DNA of 64,000 nucleotides from Antedon mediterranea (GCF_964355755.1 NC_092673.1:868001-932000); one strand, 5' to 3'; positions 48,301-62,859 are shown, counted from the first letter of the stretch. The notes: generated from the letters alone by a model not told the origin. Translations and numbers: made by a program.

Positions 48301-48930
48301 AACTGTAATTAACTGTAAACTGTAATGTAGCTATTATATAAGTCCAATAACTATTAACAAGTCGAGCCAAGTTAACCTTTTTCAAACATTGTTTTTGTTA
48401 ATTTCTGATTTTTAACCCACATATGCCTACACAAAATTTTGGAGGTTTTTTTTGGAAGCCATTTGGAAATTTGGCCGCCATTTTGGAAATGGGTGACCTG
48501 AGCAAAATGGCTTGACCAGCATCTGTTTCGGTGACCCCAGAAACCCCGGAATTAATACCTCATTTGTTCATTTCCGATTTTTACAGTGACATACACAACA
48601 TTTCCCTTTTTTAGCGGCCATTTTGAAATTTGGCCGCCATCTTGGAAATAGGTGGTCTGAGCAATATGGCATAAACAGCATCTGTTTCATTGACCCCAGA
48701 AACCCTTAAATTGACACCCCATTTGTTGATTTACGAGTTTTACAGCCAGATATATGGCATTTCCTTTTTTCTGGCGGCCATCTTGGATTTTGGCAGCCAT
48801 CTTGGAAAATCGGACCCAATCAAGTGGGTTCCACGGATAAAATCAATAGATAGGTCGAAAGGAAACTCCATACCAATTTTGGTACTTTTGTCCGGCCGGT
48901 AACGTTAAAATTGCTAAGCCACCTGACTTA
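45328..48930 (+). mobile_element. Academ (AcademX-type) DNA transposon, internally deleted
   Basis: Long TIRs TAAGTCAGGTGGCTTAGCAA..TTAACGTTACCGGCCGGACAAAAGTACC.. (>250 bp plus CAAGATGGCGGC sub-repeats); 3-bp TSD GCA at 45325-45327 and 48931-48933; encodes Academ transposase, XPG-like nuclease and Cys8 remnants. Confidence 0.9.
45808..48292 (+). pseudogene. Disrupted Academ transposase / XPG(PIN)-like nuclease / Cys8 finger polyprotein
   Basis: KWPDLY..VVMMGGLHIE, FFALDHVNYSRWLPVH, IPIDQVHEQENK, FFAHEVQSYPPSLS, VLDGAV..RVDVVWDEY..SLKEGTREKRG, QEEADTRI..VDTDVVV, GCDTTSAF and terminal CGCK..C..CKC..LPCTSLCRC. Split by frameshifts (~46090, ~46820, ~47090) and in-frame stops (e.g. 47768); N-terminus missing. 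Confidence 0.88.
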
Positions 48931-50224
48931 GCATTGGTATTAGGCCTATACATACTTCATGACGACGAGTTCAAAATATTACTAAGTTAACTTGTGACAA
49001 TTTTTACGACATTTCGACAGAAATCCATGTGAACGTGACATTTTGAATTTTAACAGCAATATAATTATCTAGCTAGCTAATAAATTTGATATTAATCACG
49101 CAGGCAGACAATGATTATTACAAATAAAAGCTAGTCTGAACATTCTTTGTAAATCTAAAATATAATACGATTGTTACAGAACAGATAAAACCTTGTCTGA
49201 ACATTCGTATTGTTACATTATCTCCACTGTATTTATGTCATAACGATATTATCACCATCCAAGTTTATCCAATTAAGTCCTAAGCTCTGTCCACACTATC
49301 AAACTTTATTTGACAAATGTGATGTGCCCATATATGGAAATGATGATTTCATATCACTACCATAATAATTTGGGCATAATATTACTACCGTCACACTCTT
49401 TTTTTGTCAAACTAATTTGATAGTGTAGACAAATCTAATAGCCCATAATTATATAGGGAAATGATGATGTCATTATTATCACTACCATATTTGGACATAT
49501 CACTACCATCACATATACATAGCTTTAATCAACTGTTTTATTAGTGAAATATCAAATCCGTCTGATTCTATTACACTCACTTCAATTTACTCTCTAGACT
49601 CCGTCCACAACATATCTTTTTCGCTTTCAAAAAATAATTACATTTCGTAGCTCCCTTTCTAAGAATCATCTCCATAGTTTCAAAGGCATTCCGACTTTAA
49701 AATCAATTGTATTGGAATTATACACGAAACCTATCTGAACAATTTATTATAGCTCGCATTATAATGCGTTATTTTAGCTCTAACAAATCGCTGTAATAAA
49801 CTAAAATATATGTTACATGTTATTTTAGAAAACATTTAAACAGATTATGACAAGGACGAATATGGTTAAAATAATAATGATTATATACAGCGAAATGGAC
49901 ACATTGATTTATGTCAAATAAATTCAACGTGTTTATTTTAAAAGAAATTATGTAATTTAGGAGTAATTATATAACTCTTAAGAAAACTTGGACCTAACGC
50001 AAGGGACGTAAGCGCAACGCAAGGGACGCAAGCGCAACACACAAGGGCGTAAGCGCAACGCAAGGACGTACGTAAGCGCAACGCAAGGGGCGTAGCGCAA
50101 CGCAAGGGACGTAAGCGCAACGCAAGGGACGTACTGTAAGTGCAACGAATCCACGACGCCTGCGATTGGTCAACTTACTTATTAAATCATTGTTACAGTA
50201 TATTATGTATATTCATTACATATT

Positions 50225-50778
50225 GAATGTACGTAAACAAGTAAATATGAAATGTACGTAAACAAGTAAATATGAAATGTACGTAAACAAGTAAATATGA
50301 AATGTACGTAAACAAGTAAATATGAAATGTACGTAAACAAGTAAATATGAAATGTACGTAAACAATTAAATATGAAATGTACGTAAACAAGTAAATATGA
50401 AATGTACGTAAACAAGTAAATATGAAATGTACGTAAACAAGTAAATATGAAATGTACGTAAACAAGTAAATATGAAATGTACGTAAACAAGTAAATATGA
50501 AATGTACGTAAACAAGTAAATATGAAATGTACGTAAACAAGTAAATATGAAATGTACGTAAACAAGTAAATATGAAATGTACGTAGGCCTAAACAAGTAA
50601 ATATGAAATGTACGTAAACAAGTAAATATGAAATGTACGTAAACAAGTAAATATGAAATGTACGTAAACAAGTAAATATGAAATGTACGTAAACAAGTAA
50701 ATATGAAATGTACGTAAACAAGTAAATATGAAATGTACGTAAACAAGTAAATATGAAATGTACGTAAACAAGTAAATA
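50225..50778. repeat. 25-bp minisatellite, ~22 copies
   Basis: Unit AATGTACGTAAACAAGTAAATATGA; one unit carries a GGCCTA insertion at ~50586. Confidence 0.97.
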
Positions 50779-53654
50779 TCATTTTCAACTGAATCACCTT
50801 TTTCATACATTATGATTTACTTTATTATAACTCTAAAAAAAATATATATAAAATATCAGAAATTATAATGTTTTACTTAAATATGAATATGAAAGAAATA
50901 AATGTTTATTTGAATTTGAATTGAATTGAATTGAATGTTTATGTCAATGTTTATTACAGTTAAAAAAAACTTGATTCAATCTGTTTTTTATGGCATGACA
51001 TTTCAATTTAAGGTAGTTCGTCTTGTTTTCCGACTAAAACTAAAAAAGAAACCAGTTTAATATCGACTTATCTTTCTTTTCTTGATTCACCTCCAAACAT
51101 AAGTTGGTCAAGCAATTTTGTCTACTGCTGTACGACGACTAGCTAACGTAGTAAATGTGGTAGCACGACATCAATATAGGACGTGCTCTTGTGCCGTGCC
51201 CTAGATTTTACGTCACCAAGAAATGTTAAGATTTTTAACGATGGTTTCTGACAACATTCTGTGCTAATATCATCATCTGATTAAGATGTATTGTAACGCC
51301 TTTAGCGTCATAACAGGGTGCTACTCTATCAGGATTTTAACAGTTTATAATTCTGTATGAATTATACATGAGTTATAGCGTGTAAAATAACGGGAGCTAC
51401 AACTAGTGTATCTAGGCCCGTTATATACTTTTGACATTGCAATAGTTAAAAGTGCCACACTAATAATGTTAGTTCCAACATGTCCTCGTTTACGAAATTA
51501 TATGCTTTTGAGTTCATACGCCAAAATGGTGACGCATTCTCAACGCGACGATGACGCAATCTTGTTTCATCAAGCTTTTACATAAGTTTGCTTAAAACAC
51601 AATTTTGTCTAGATGTCTTTTAATTCAGGCTCTCGAGTCTCACTACAAGCTTAATAGCCTCACAATTTCAAATGATTTATGCTTGTTATGAGGATATAGG
51701 CCACGGCCCAAATATATATTTTTTGATTGCTTATGAAAATTCTAGCAGTATTGTATCCCAAAAAAGGATACAAGATACACAATATTTTATTGTCGATACA
51801 AAACAATATATTTTATATCAAAACATAAATCACTCTTAGTTATTATACACATGACAATCGAAAAAAAACCCTTTAGTTTATTGTTATATCTAGTATTCGT
51901 GCCTGGTTTTGATTTGTGTTTTGATATTAGTATGTTATTGCAATATTAAAGCTGTAACCGCAAATTATTAAAATTTACTATTCGATTCTATAATAATTAT
52001 AGACCTAAAATACATTACACAGAAATTATATAATTATGAAATTGCGGTCTTATACGATAATAAATACACTAACCAAAGACGAAAGACGTCGACGACAACG
52101 ACGAAATTGGAAATTATCTTTTATCACGCGCGTAAAGTTTGTGATACGTGCGCGTAATTATTATCAACTTTGAAACTTGTCGTGGTGCGTATTAGTCGCG
52201 TAGGTAAGCTAATCCGAACTCTTTATTTATTAATGAGACACGAAAGTGTTAAGATTGCCAGTGGTATAGTGTTAATATTGACTTTCTTCGACACCTTTTC
52301 CATTTCCCATAATTCACTTTAACGAACGTCTCTGTAATGTGCGGTATATTACTACTTTAGGGTCTAAGACCGTTATTATGTGATGCTGTATCGATTTACC
52401 AGTGAGAGGGGTCTGAGGCAAAAACAGAAAAATTACAATGTAAATCATCATCTAAATACTAGTGATTCACGGTTTGAAATTGTAGAAGCTGAGTGTTTGT
52501 TAAATTTAAATTAAAGTGTTGTATTTGTGATATAGTAGGTTGTTATCTAATCGATACACTCAGCCAACCCCACTTAACGCCACCTAAAAACCTGTCAAGT
52601 CTTCTAATATGCATAAAGATATGTTCGTAAAATAATTATATTTAAAAAAAACACACACATCCACATGATGTGTGTATTTTGCGCACCGATGTCCAATTGA
52701 TATTTTGTTCCCTAACAATATGCCAAATTTCGTTCATAGTGAATTTGAATCAAGGCCATATGGGGACACAAACACGTTTATGACGCACGCGGGCACTACT
52801 CATGTTACGCGGCGACTATATCATCATTTGAACGCGCGCGTTAAACTTTAAAATCTAGCCGCAAACGAAGTCGATCGTGAAAGATAAAATGAACTTGCAG
52901 AAACCTTTAGGCCTAACTTCAGATAAAACATCTTTCGACATGTTTGATAGTATACCAATAATTTATCCTGTTTATGTTGTTTTTACAGGAATATGCCTAC
53001 GGTCTCGGACACAAGAATAACGTAGATAAATATATACTTACTCAACAACTCCCGCGGTCCTCTTAATCATTTAATCATAAATGTAATATGAGAGTATTAG
53101 TACACGAAGACGGAGAAGAGAATGCCTGCACTGAATATCAATATATCGTGAGGATAACGTACTTTTAATGTGGAAGATTACATTAGTAACTTAAAGAAAA
53201 ACTATTTTAATGTTCATTAAATGCATAAGTGATTAAGATTAAGTAATGATAACAATAATAATTATGCTCATTAAATCTAACTAAAGAATAATTCGTATTT
53301 GAATATTACTTACTACAGTGATAACGAATCAGCAATGCATTTATGTTATATATTTATGCATGCATTTGCATATAATACGATTACTGTAGGCTATTATTGG
53401 TGACATTTTGAGTTCCTGTGTTTTGTTCCTGTAAAAACATTTGTTAATGATTATCTACGGTAGGAAATGCATAAAAGTATTATAAAAAAACTATTTTTAT
53501 AGGCCGTATAATTATCATCAAACTTTGAACGAACTAGGCATATCTTTGTAAAGTGGCTTCAAATCAACTAATCACTTCGATAGAACGTTATTACAAAATA
53601 CGACAGCTCACGTTTATTACAAAATACAACAGTTCACTTTAACATAAAATGCAT

Positions 53655-53780
53655 GCTTGGTTACCACACTACGCAATGACGTAAGCGCATTGCGAATGGA
53701 CCAATCACGAAGCGATAGATAATCCGCAGTTGTGATTGGTCAACTCACTTGCTTTGTGTCCAAAGTGGGAACCAAGGTTT
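53655..53780. mobile_element. MITE family B copy
   Basis: GCTTGGTTACCACAC..GACCAATCAC..GTGATTGGTC..AAGTGGGAACCAAGG. Confidence 0.7.
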
Positions 53781-56700
53781 TGACAAAAAAAAAACTATTT
53801 TCATTTAAAAACACGGTCGCCTCGCGCCCTAATAAGTGCATGTAATTTTTCTTTTTAATGTGAAGCGAAATCGACTGAAATTGGCCAATATTAATGCCGA
53901 ACCGAATCGTCATCATTTATCCTACAAATATTGAACGCGTGAAATTTCGTCATTTTTTTACGGTTCACTTTGTCAAGAATATGGCCCGGTTTGGTTATCA
54001 TCAGATTAACGATGTTCATAGCTCCTCTGATGAAACAGCCTCGATACAAAATAAAATGAATTTACTAATATAATATACTACCCACTACAATTTGCAACTT
54101 TATAGTAATAAATTAAAACTACTTAAAATAATTCTACGATAAAACGTACGTCGTATTTTCGTACATTTGACATAAAAGCTATAGATAAAATCCACGCCCG
54201 CGTGAAAAAATTGTTACGTGAAGCGGAAATATATCATGTTCAACGCACACACACGCGCGTGTCCTATCAATCGGCACTAATCCGGTCATATAGAAATATG
54301 ACGGTATGTACACTACATCATCACATCATATTTAATGGCCTTAAGCCTTCTGTATGCATTTGTCGTGTTGTATTAAGCCACAACTATTACCACTGATGTA
54401 ACCAATCTATCTAGGCCTACAGGCCTTCATTAATCATCAGATTCAAAGCAGCTTAAAATAGACTAATTACAAGACGAACTAATCAAGCGCCGGTCCAAGT
54501 ATTTATCAATTATATAATGCTTGCTTCCCACTACGCAACACAGCAACATTAGTGAACTTGACCAATCAGCGACAGAGGTGTGCATTCCGAGGTGTCGTTT
54601 GTGATTGGTCTAAAGACTGCGTTGCTGATGTGCGTACATGCGTATGATGGGAACAAAGCTTAAGGGTAAATTGTCTGAGCATGTAAAATAACCAACGTAA
54701 TCGACTTGTCATTATTTGCTAATCGTTTTAATCAACGTTCTTCAATGGATATTTAATTAACATCTCCAATACGAGGTTGTAGACCCCTTCCAGTCGATAT
54801 AATGAACAAAAATAATTGAATATTTTCAATACGCATTGTATAATCGATATGACAGCATATAGGGCTTATTCATGAACTTATCAAAACAAGTTAGGTTCAT
54901 CTACATCATTACCATCGCGAGGCTGTGTTAATTCAGGAATAAATATTGATGTACATTATACAGGTTTTCAAATAACAAACATTTTACGAACAATTCAGAA
55001 TTATTCTTTTATTCTTTTGGTTAAAAAATACAGCAAATATTAAAAGTTAATATACCAATGGCAAACATAGTTCACTGTCGAATGTTGTCCTCGTGACATG
55101 AAGGATATTGATAACAATCTGAATATTGAATGCTTACATTATTATTGAATGCTGTTTGAATTACATTCAACATTATGTGATATTGGTGCTGTGATGATGA
55201 ATGACATTTTCTAGACCGTAATAAAACCGATAAAAAGCCATTTTAATTAATAAATGCATTTTTTTTCGTTTAGCATTTAGGCTACGTAATATTGAAGATA
55301 AATGATATCGATTATATAGTTACGAAGTATTAGTGAGTACAATATATGACGAATTGACACATTATCATGGCAATGAACGGTTTTTTATCAAGTGTGCGCC
55401 GAACGTGAGCTTCCTGCTCACTAAAAAATTCCTCTGCGCATGACATGACATGATATTTCAGCGCGTGCTGTATAGCGTAGTAAGTAATTATCCAATCAGA
55501 AAATGGCGTACTGAAGGCGGTTAGTGTGCGTCCGATAGAACGCGATCATAGTTTGCGGCAAATTTTTTAGTGAGCCAAGTGTTACTCGTGCCAGTTGGCT
55601 CAGCCGAAAGCTCTAGTGTGCGCCGGGCTTTACGTTTACTGGGAGTACATTTTATTGGCGCACATTGAGTGGATACATTTTAGACCCATTATGAAGGGTG
55701 GGGCTTCAAAATCCAAAATAATAAGTGAGGAAGGGTTTAATACATTCGATTAAGTTTAATTAATTAATTGGTTTAATAGTGACAGAGTTATGCAATTCTA
55801 GTTAGTTATTTTAGTTATTGGTACCATGATGCCCGTCATGCTAATCTCTGTCGAGACATTGATACAAAAATAATGTTACGCCAATAGGTATGACACGGTG
55901 CCCTATATCGAGGTTCTATTTCAAGTGGCGAAAACCTACTGATATGCGCCGTTAGTCGTCGCCTCCTGAACCAAGCAGGGTTGGAACCGACCTTCAAATA
56001 AGAAAAAAATATTATGATGCTCTCTTTTGAACCATTAAATGTATACACAAACACGTCATGACATTATTAGTATGAAATATAATCGTCACTAGAGATCTAT
56101 TTTACAAATAAAATATCAACATTATCAGTATATATAGGCCAATCATCATATGCATTTAAACAAAATATTTTCATTTAGGTCATGGACTCTAACTAGGTAA
56201 TTATTGTGTCTCTGTAAAGTATATTCAATTCAACTTTTATAATATATAGCAAACACTTACTCCATTTGCAACCACATCGATAATACTACTAATATGACCT
56301 TGTAACATTTACTGTTTCTTGAAAACAACAAAATTATTGTAGATCTATAGGATTATTATTTTCAATGAATAAATATGGTTGTCATGGTATCGGATCTGCG
56401 TGACATTTATGTTGTTATTAGATGCACTGACACAGTATACATCATTATTGATCGTTTGTATATAAGTAGAATTAATTTGTTTTATTCGATACTTATTCAA
56501 TTTGCGTCCACATTGCAACTTCATAACAGCTGTTTAAAGCTTCGTTACCACTATTAGGACGTTGCGTCCGAGCGATTTCATCAATGACAAGCGACAGTCA
56601 GTTCGGATAATCCATCGCGTATAATTGGTGAAATCACTTGCGTTGCGCTTACGTTGCCACTAGACGCAATGTAAGAACGTAAGCGCAATTCGACCAATCA

Positions 56701-57299
56701 CACGCGATGGATTATTCAACCTGTCCCTTGTCATTGGTAAACTTGCTTGCATTGGGTCATACGCCCTTACTAGAGGGAACCAGATATTACCGCCATAGGA
56801 CTATGGCGGCCCCTGAAAAAAATAAAATGAATATACATAATAGATTATAGGAAGTGTTTTCTCCGTTAAACGCGTGTTGGGAACAGTTACTTAAAAAGTC
56901 ACAAATAATCATGGGCATGGACCTATAAATTAGGTCTTGTTGTATATTTAGAATTCGTAAAGTGGGCCTAAACAAACCAATTATGCTTTCACACTCACGC
57001 GGAAGTGCACCGTCCACACAGGCTAGATTTATGATTAATATGATTCTAAATATTGACATCGGAGAACACCAATCTCGAAAAACTAATTTGATTTTAGATG
57101 CAACTGGGTTAGACTAGGTGGGCAGTATAAATATAAATTAGGTCGTGTCAGAAGTCCCAGTGTTTAGACACATAAACAGTACTCAAAGATTTCAACTTAG
57201 TTATGCATTTCCTTGGTTATAGCATAGGTCATGTCCATGCAACAACGTTCACAATTATAACAATCTTATTTTGTCAGAATGGACATTTTCAGTGCTACT

Positions 57300-57445
57300 A
57301 AAGCTTGGTTCACACTCTAGGACGCAACGCAAGCGCGTAAGCGCAATGCAATTGAATTAACCAATCACAAGCGACAGCTCAGATAACACATTGTTTGCGA
57401 TTGGCCAAATTGTTTGCGTAGCGTATTAGTGGGAACCAAGCATTA
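57300..57445. mobile_element. MITE family B copy
   Basis: TAAAGCTTGGTTCACACT..ACCAATCACAAGCG..TAGTGGGAACCAAGCATTA. Confidence 0.7.
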
Positions 57446-59619
57446 AATATGCCTATTATATCTTTAAACAAAATAATAATAGCTGTCACTACTCGGGGTG
57501 ATTAATAGTAAAATAGATTAAATGTAAACATTTTCTTTTAAAGTTTCTATAAATAGTAAGTAATAATATCACCAGAACATTTAAAAATCTATAGATATAT
57601 ATTTGAAGGATTCATGTGATTGCTAATTAACGATTAATGAAACCAGCTAATAAGCTGACAAATCATTGTGTGTCCGGTCATTATCCAGAATAGTATTTTG
57701 TTATATAAAATAATTTGTTTGACGGATTCGAATGATTGATTGCAATACGAATAAAATATACAAAATATGATAAAATAAATTAAAATTATATGATGAAAAG
57801 GAATATCATTGTCGATTCAACATTATAAAAAAAAGAATTCCTATTTAAATTTAGAATGTTATTATTAGTACAATAAAACAAAGTAACATTATAAAATAAA
57901 TAAACTACACGCAGACTAAATCATTTAAATATTCTAATTTGAGGTTCCTTGTTTGGAAATCATCTTGTAAAATGGTTAAGTTTGGTTGTACTTGTATCTG
58001 TGGCAAGAATATCATAGGTGTTTTCGTCGTTTCGAATAGCATTCTCCATCTTTTCTGTCCACACTATGATGTGCCCATATATGGACATGATGATATACCA
58101 CTACCATATTTAGGCACCTCACCCTTGTTTTTGTCAAATTATAGTTTGATAATGTACTCAGCTTTAGATGTCTCTATAATGTCAAAATCAGAGCCATATA
58201 TATATATTATGGCTCTGGTCAAAATTATAGTCGGGCGCCCTCTAATCTGCTGGCTGGCTATTAAAATAAAGTATACAGTTCATACCGATTTTCTAAAAAT
58301 TGAAATATTAAATACCACTTTGATATAATTATGAGCATAGTTGTGTTAAAAATAAACAAAAATTACCGGCATGGAATTAATAGGTCAACACATGATATTC
58401 TTTCTAAATTGTCAACTACAACATTTAGTTTTGTCTATTATTATTTTAGTGTTTATTGTTCTTGTACTTAATGCCTAAAATGGTAAACTTTTTTATTAGA
58501 TGATTTTTTCTTGTTTAAAAAGGCATACAAAAAAGGATACGGTGTATTCCATGCAATTAAGAGGCAAGATGGTAAAATAAATCTCACATATTGCTCTATC
58601 TGTTCAAATATTCATTTTTATACTTCAGACAGAATTAAGGCTTACATAGCTTTCAAAAGAGACATGAACTTAAGAAAATCTTGTCAGACCTCGTTGATTC
58701 ATTCCTTATAGAATTGAAAATAACATGAGATTTCTTTTTTTAAAGTTTTAAACTTCAGCATCTGATACAACTAAAAAAATATGAATTTTGAGTCTGCGCA
58801 CTCTCAGTGCCTTGGAGAATAATGGTCACGTGGGGTAAACGGTGACAGATGAGTAAAAACTTGAATCATAAAAGCGCCAGTATCCGTAGTAGAAATCTAG
58901 TGAGACGAAGGAATCGTACGGTACGAGCCGCGTACAGGCGGAGCACTTATTTACGCGTTGTGACCACCAATCTACGAACACGTAACATAACACAGAAAAA
59001 CGTCTGTGGCTACTGCTAATGGTATGACCTGAAAATGATTTCAAAATGTAACATGAGATCATGATTTAGAATATTATAGGCTAGAGGAACGCGTTTTAAA
59101 TCAGTAATAACGTGTTTAGTATCGTTGTAACATCGTTTCTAAGTGGACTATGTATTGTATTGTAACGGCTTTTTTGGATAAAATGAGAGATGCTGATAAT
59201 TTCAACAACATTGCCTGGTGGAATATAATTAAAACGGTTACAAACAAAGGTAGGTTAATAAAGACGATAATAGTAATTGCTGATTGTAATGAGTATTATT
59301 AAACGTTAAATAATGTATAGTGGCTGTGTTTTCTAATAACACTGGTTACACACAGCGATGTTGTTGGCTTTATTTGTTGAGGCTCTTAAACAAGTAAATT
59401 AAATTCACGGGTTGAATACAATAAGTGTGTAGAGACCGACTGGCCACTGCTTATTTCCAATTGCAGTAGTCAATAATGATTGCTTGTATGTCCGCATGTA
59501 ACTTGATTGGTTATTAGTGAATTGTTGTTGAAGATGAACATTAAGAGTGCTTACTTAAACCTATTTTAGTACCGCATTGTTCGCATAATAATATAGTCTT
59601 TGCAACCTTGTCGCATAGA

Positions 59620-59826
59620 AAAATAGACATTAGGCCGACAAACGGAAGCTTCTATGTTAATATTTAGTTAGAAAATTAGACATTAGGCCGACAAACGGAA
59701 GTTCCTATGTTAATATTTAGTTAGAAAAATAGACATTAGACCGACAAACGGAAGCTTCTATGTTAATATTTAGTTAGAAAATAGACATTAGGCCGACAAA
59801 CGGAAGTTCCTATGTTAATATTTAGT
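59620..59826. repeat. ~52-bp tandem repeat x4
   Basis: AGAAAATAGACATTAGGCCGACAAACGGAAG(CTT/TTC)CTATGTTAATATTTAGTT. Confidence 0.93.
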
Positions 59827-60784
59827 ATTTATTTATTATATCTTGTGTGACGAATTGTAATAGTTGAATGATATAAAAACCACGATTATAGTGTGAACTA
59901 AACGAATATTCCGAATTTGTTTTTTAAAAACCGTGACTATAGTAACAGAAAATGATCAATTCGTTCTTAGAATGTTTTAACATTTTAAACGTTCAACGTT
60001 AATAGAACAATTCAATTATTATTTATAGAATTTAGGCTTAAAAAACCAGGGCTTTAATCCAATTTTAATAACACGCATACAAAATGCAATGAAAATTACA
60101 TAGGGTTTTTATTTTGTTTTTAATCCTGAGCAATGTTAATCATAGTAATAAAGATTTGAATCTTAATATTATTGATAATTATTATAATGACTTTAATGAT
60201 TAAAAATAATATAAGCCTAATTTGTTCAAATTTTAATTTTTTTTAAATATTTATGTTATAGCCTCTGAGATATTTTACTGTTTATTTGTCACATGACAGT
60301 ATGGCAATAAATCATACCGAGTAATATAAAATAGTAATATTCGATGAACAACCATCACAATTAGAATTGTTGGCATTTATGCTGCATTTAAACTTCACCT
60401 TACCATATCTTATTTATACCATGATGCACGTTCAATACGACAAAACTTAAATAACAAAAATAATAATGAAGGTGAAGAGTGCATGAGCGACTGAAGGCTT
60501 TCTCTAATATCATTCTATTCAACACGTTATAATTAGTTTACAGCCCATCATATTAATTGGAGAAGCAATGTTCATCTAACATGTGCGAGTCGATAATTCT
60601 TTTGGACGACGACGACGTGTAGTTCAGTTGTAGACATCGAGTAGATTGGTATTGAGCATCAAACAACCTTCACGTGTTTGTTTCAAAGAAAGCTTTATTG
60701 GTGTCAAATAAATTAAACGTTAAAAATAAAAAAAAAGCGCGCGCTTAATTTACCGCATACTCTACCACAACATGTTTGAAACGC

Positions 60785-61003
60785 TGTATGTACTGTATTA
60801 CCGATTATTACCGTTTGAAACTCAAACGCGTCAAATTGAAACGCTTACGCGCACTACTGTATTACCGATTATTACGGTTGAAACTCACACGCGTCAACCT
60901 GAAACGCGTGCGCACTAATCTGTATTACCGATTATTACCATTTGAAACGCAAACGCGTCAACTTGAAACACGCGCACTAATCTCTATACCGATTACCGTT
61001 TGA
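60785..61003. repeat. Imperfect ~60-bp tandem repeat x3-4
   Basis: CTGTATTACCGATTATTACCGTTTGAAAC.CAAACGCGTCAA..TGAAAC recurring. Confidence 0.8.
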
Positions 61004-61377
61004 GTAAAATTACTAAAGTACCTATTTGTGTGCCCTATACATTAAAATACGTCATGCTACGTTTCTCACTGAATATTTATCGTACTGAATGTATCCAAAC
61101 TGGACAAACAAATAACGGTGCTTTAAAAAAAAAAAATTGCGTGTAAAAATATTCATAGATTAAAAAAAAAGTTAATACACATAATCTTTTATTTATTCAT
61201 GAGTATAAAAATATATATTGTAATTGAATAACACGTATGCAATCACACTTAGACGAAGGTCTGGGGAGTGCACACATGTTATGCAACACAATTTAATTAT
61301 TCAATTTTGCATGCATGTAAATAAGGGATGGTGTATATATTTGTTTGAGTATTATAGTTTGTCAACAGTAATTCATT

Positions 61378-61745
61378 TAGTTTAACAAAATATTGTTAAT
61401 TGTTTTTAAAGTTATTAATGGATTTTCTCCAGAGTGTGTGACTGATATGCTGGGCTTATACTCTCCTAAATGTAATTTACGATCCAATAATAAGTTGCTT
61501 TTATTTCAACCGAAATCTCACCACTTGTTTGGAAATCGTGCTTTTTCTATTAATGCTCCGCGTCTGTGGAATGATATTCCTGAATGGATTAGGCATTGCC
61601 ATACAATTAATTCTTTTAAAAAATCATTAAAATCATACCTTTTTGCTGAGGCATAATTATGGTATTAATAAAGCATAAAGAAACAGTGTTGTGATTAGCG
61701 CCTTGAGCACTTTTAATGGATATGTGCGCTATATAAATTGTTAAA
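61378..61745 (+). mobile_element. L2-clade LINE 3' end fragment
   Basis: KILLIVFKVING.SP..L..Y.P..NLRS..FGNRAFSINAPRLWNDIP..IR....INSFKKSLKSYLF*, then the L2-type tail AGCGCCTTGAGCAC..GGATATGTGCGCTATATAAAT. Confidence 0.85.
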
Positions 61746-62652
61746 CTATATTATTAACAACAATATTGCTGCTAACAACATCATTGTCAACCAACCCCTT
61801 CCTCCTTGGTCCGTTTCCAAAGGAGCCGGATTAGGCCTAGGCATATATGAAAAAAACATTCTTGATATACTAGGCTAAGACCCTTTATGGCTATCAGTCA
61901 TCTTAACGTTTAGAAACAAAGTTTCAAAAGTATTCAGTATTATATAAATCAATAACATAACTTTCATGTAATAATCATTTACCAAAATAAAAAGCTCAAT
62001 CGATTCTATTGCTTACTTTTAATCTATTTTTAATGAGAGAAAAACATAACTATAAAATCGATAAACTTCAAATTTTCATTAAAACAAAACGGATTATTGT
62101 CGTTAAATTCTGAAAAGCATAGATATCATTCCTCATTAATTTATAATTTATTCGCTCCTTTTTGCCTTTTGTGATACACGAGACATTACATCTGTTCATC
62201 TTTTACATTTATTCGTTAAAATTTAATTTCAATAAATTACTATTTGTTGTTCAAATACACATTTTGTATTGTCAATGTTATGGATTTTGTAATTTAAATG
62301 ACCAGAAACACTCTTTTCTTTGATACAAATTCGTGGCTGGCATTTAAAAATCAGTCAGTTCGGTTTTCTATATTTTACACACGTCTTGAGAGTTTAACAA
62401 GTTCAGTCCAGAAGTCTTTAATTGCTAAACATAATCAATCCGTAGTAATTATTATCAGTTTAATATCCAGTCATTTATAGAATAGTTACGGACACATGTT
62501 TCTAAAGCGAAAAAACAGTATAGGGCCTTTATTTCTCTGAGGACATCAAATACCTTAAAAGGGGGAGGGGGAGAAGTGGAGGGGACAATTTTCATGGGAT
62601 AAACTTCATTGGGATAACCAGGAAAGAGTGTTACTCTTCCCCAGATAACCAA

Positions 62653-62859
62653 TGCGTGCAGATAATAATGTGCGTGCAGATAATAATGTGCGTGCAGATA
62701 ATAATGTGCGTGCAGATAATAATGTGCGTGCAGATAATAATGTGCGTGCAGATAATAATGTGCGTGCAGATAATAATGTGCGTGCAGATAATAATGTGCG
62801 TGCAGATAATAATGTGCGTGCAGATAATAATGTGCGTGCAGATAATAATGTGCGTGCAG
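62653..62859. repeat. 18-bp minisatellite, ~11 copies
   Basis: Unit TGCGTGCAGATAATAATG. Confidence 0.97.

Noticed and set aside
50193-50810. Four overlapping repetitive ORFs (FTYISYLLVYVHF..)
   Set aside because: Artefacts of a stop-free 25-bp minisatellite.
56787-57059. 90-aa ORF with a signal-peptide-like start
   Set aside because: No recognisable domain, and AT-rich composition like the background.
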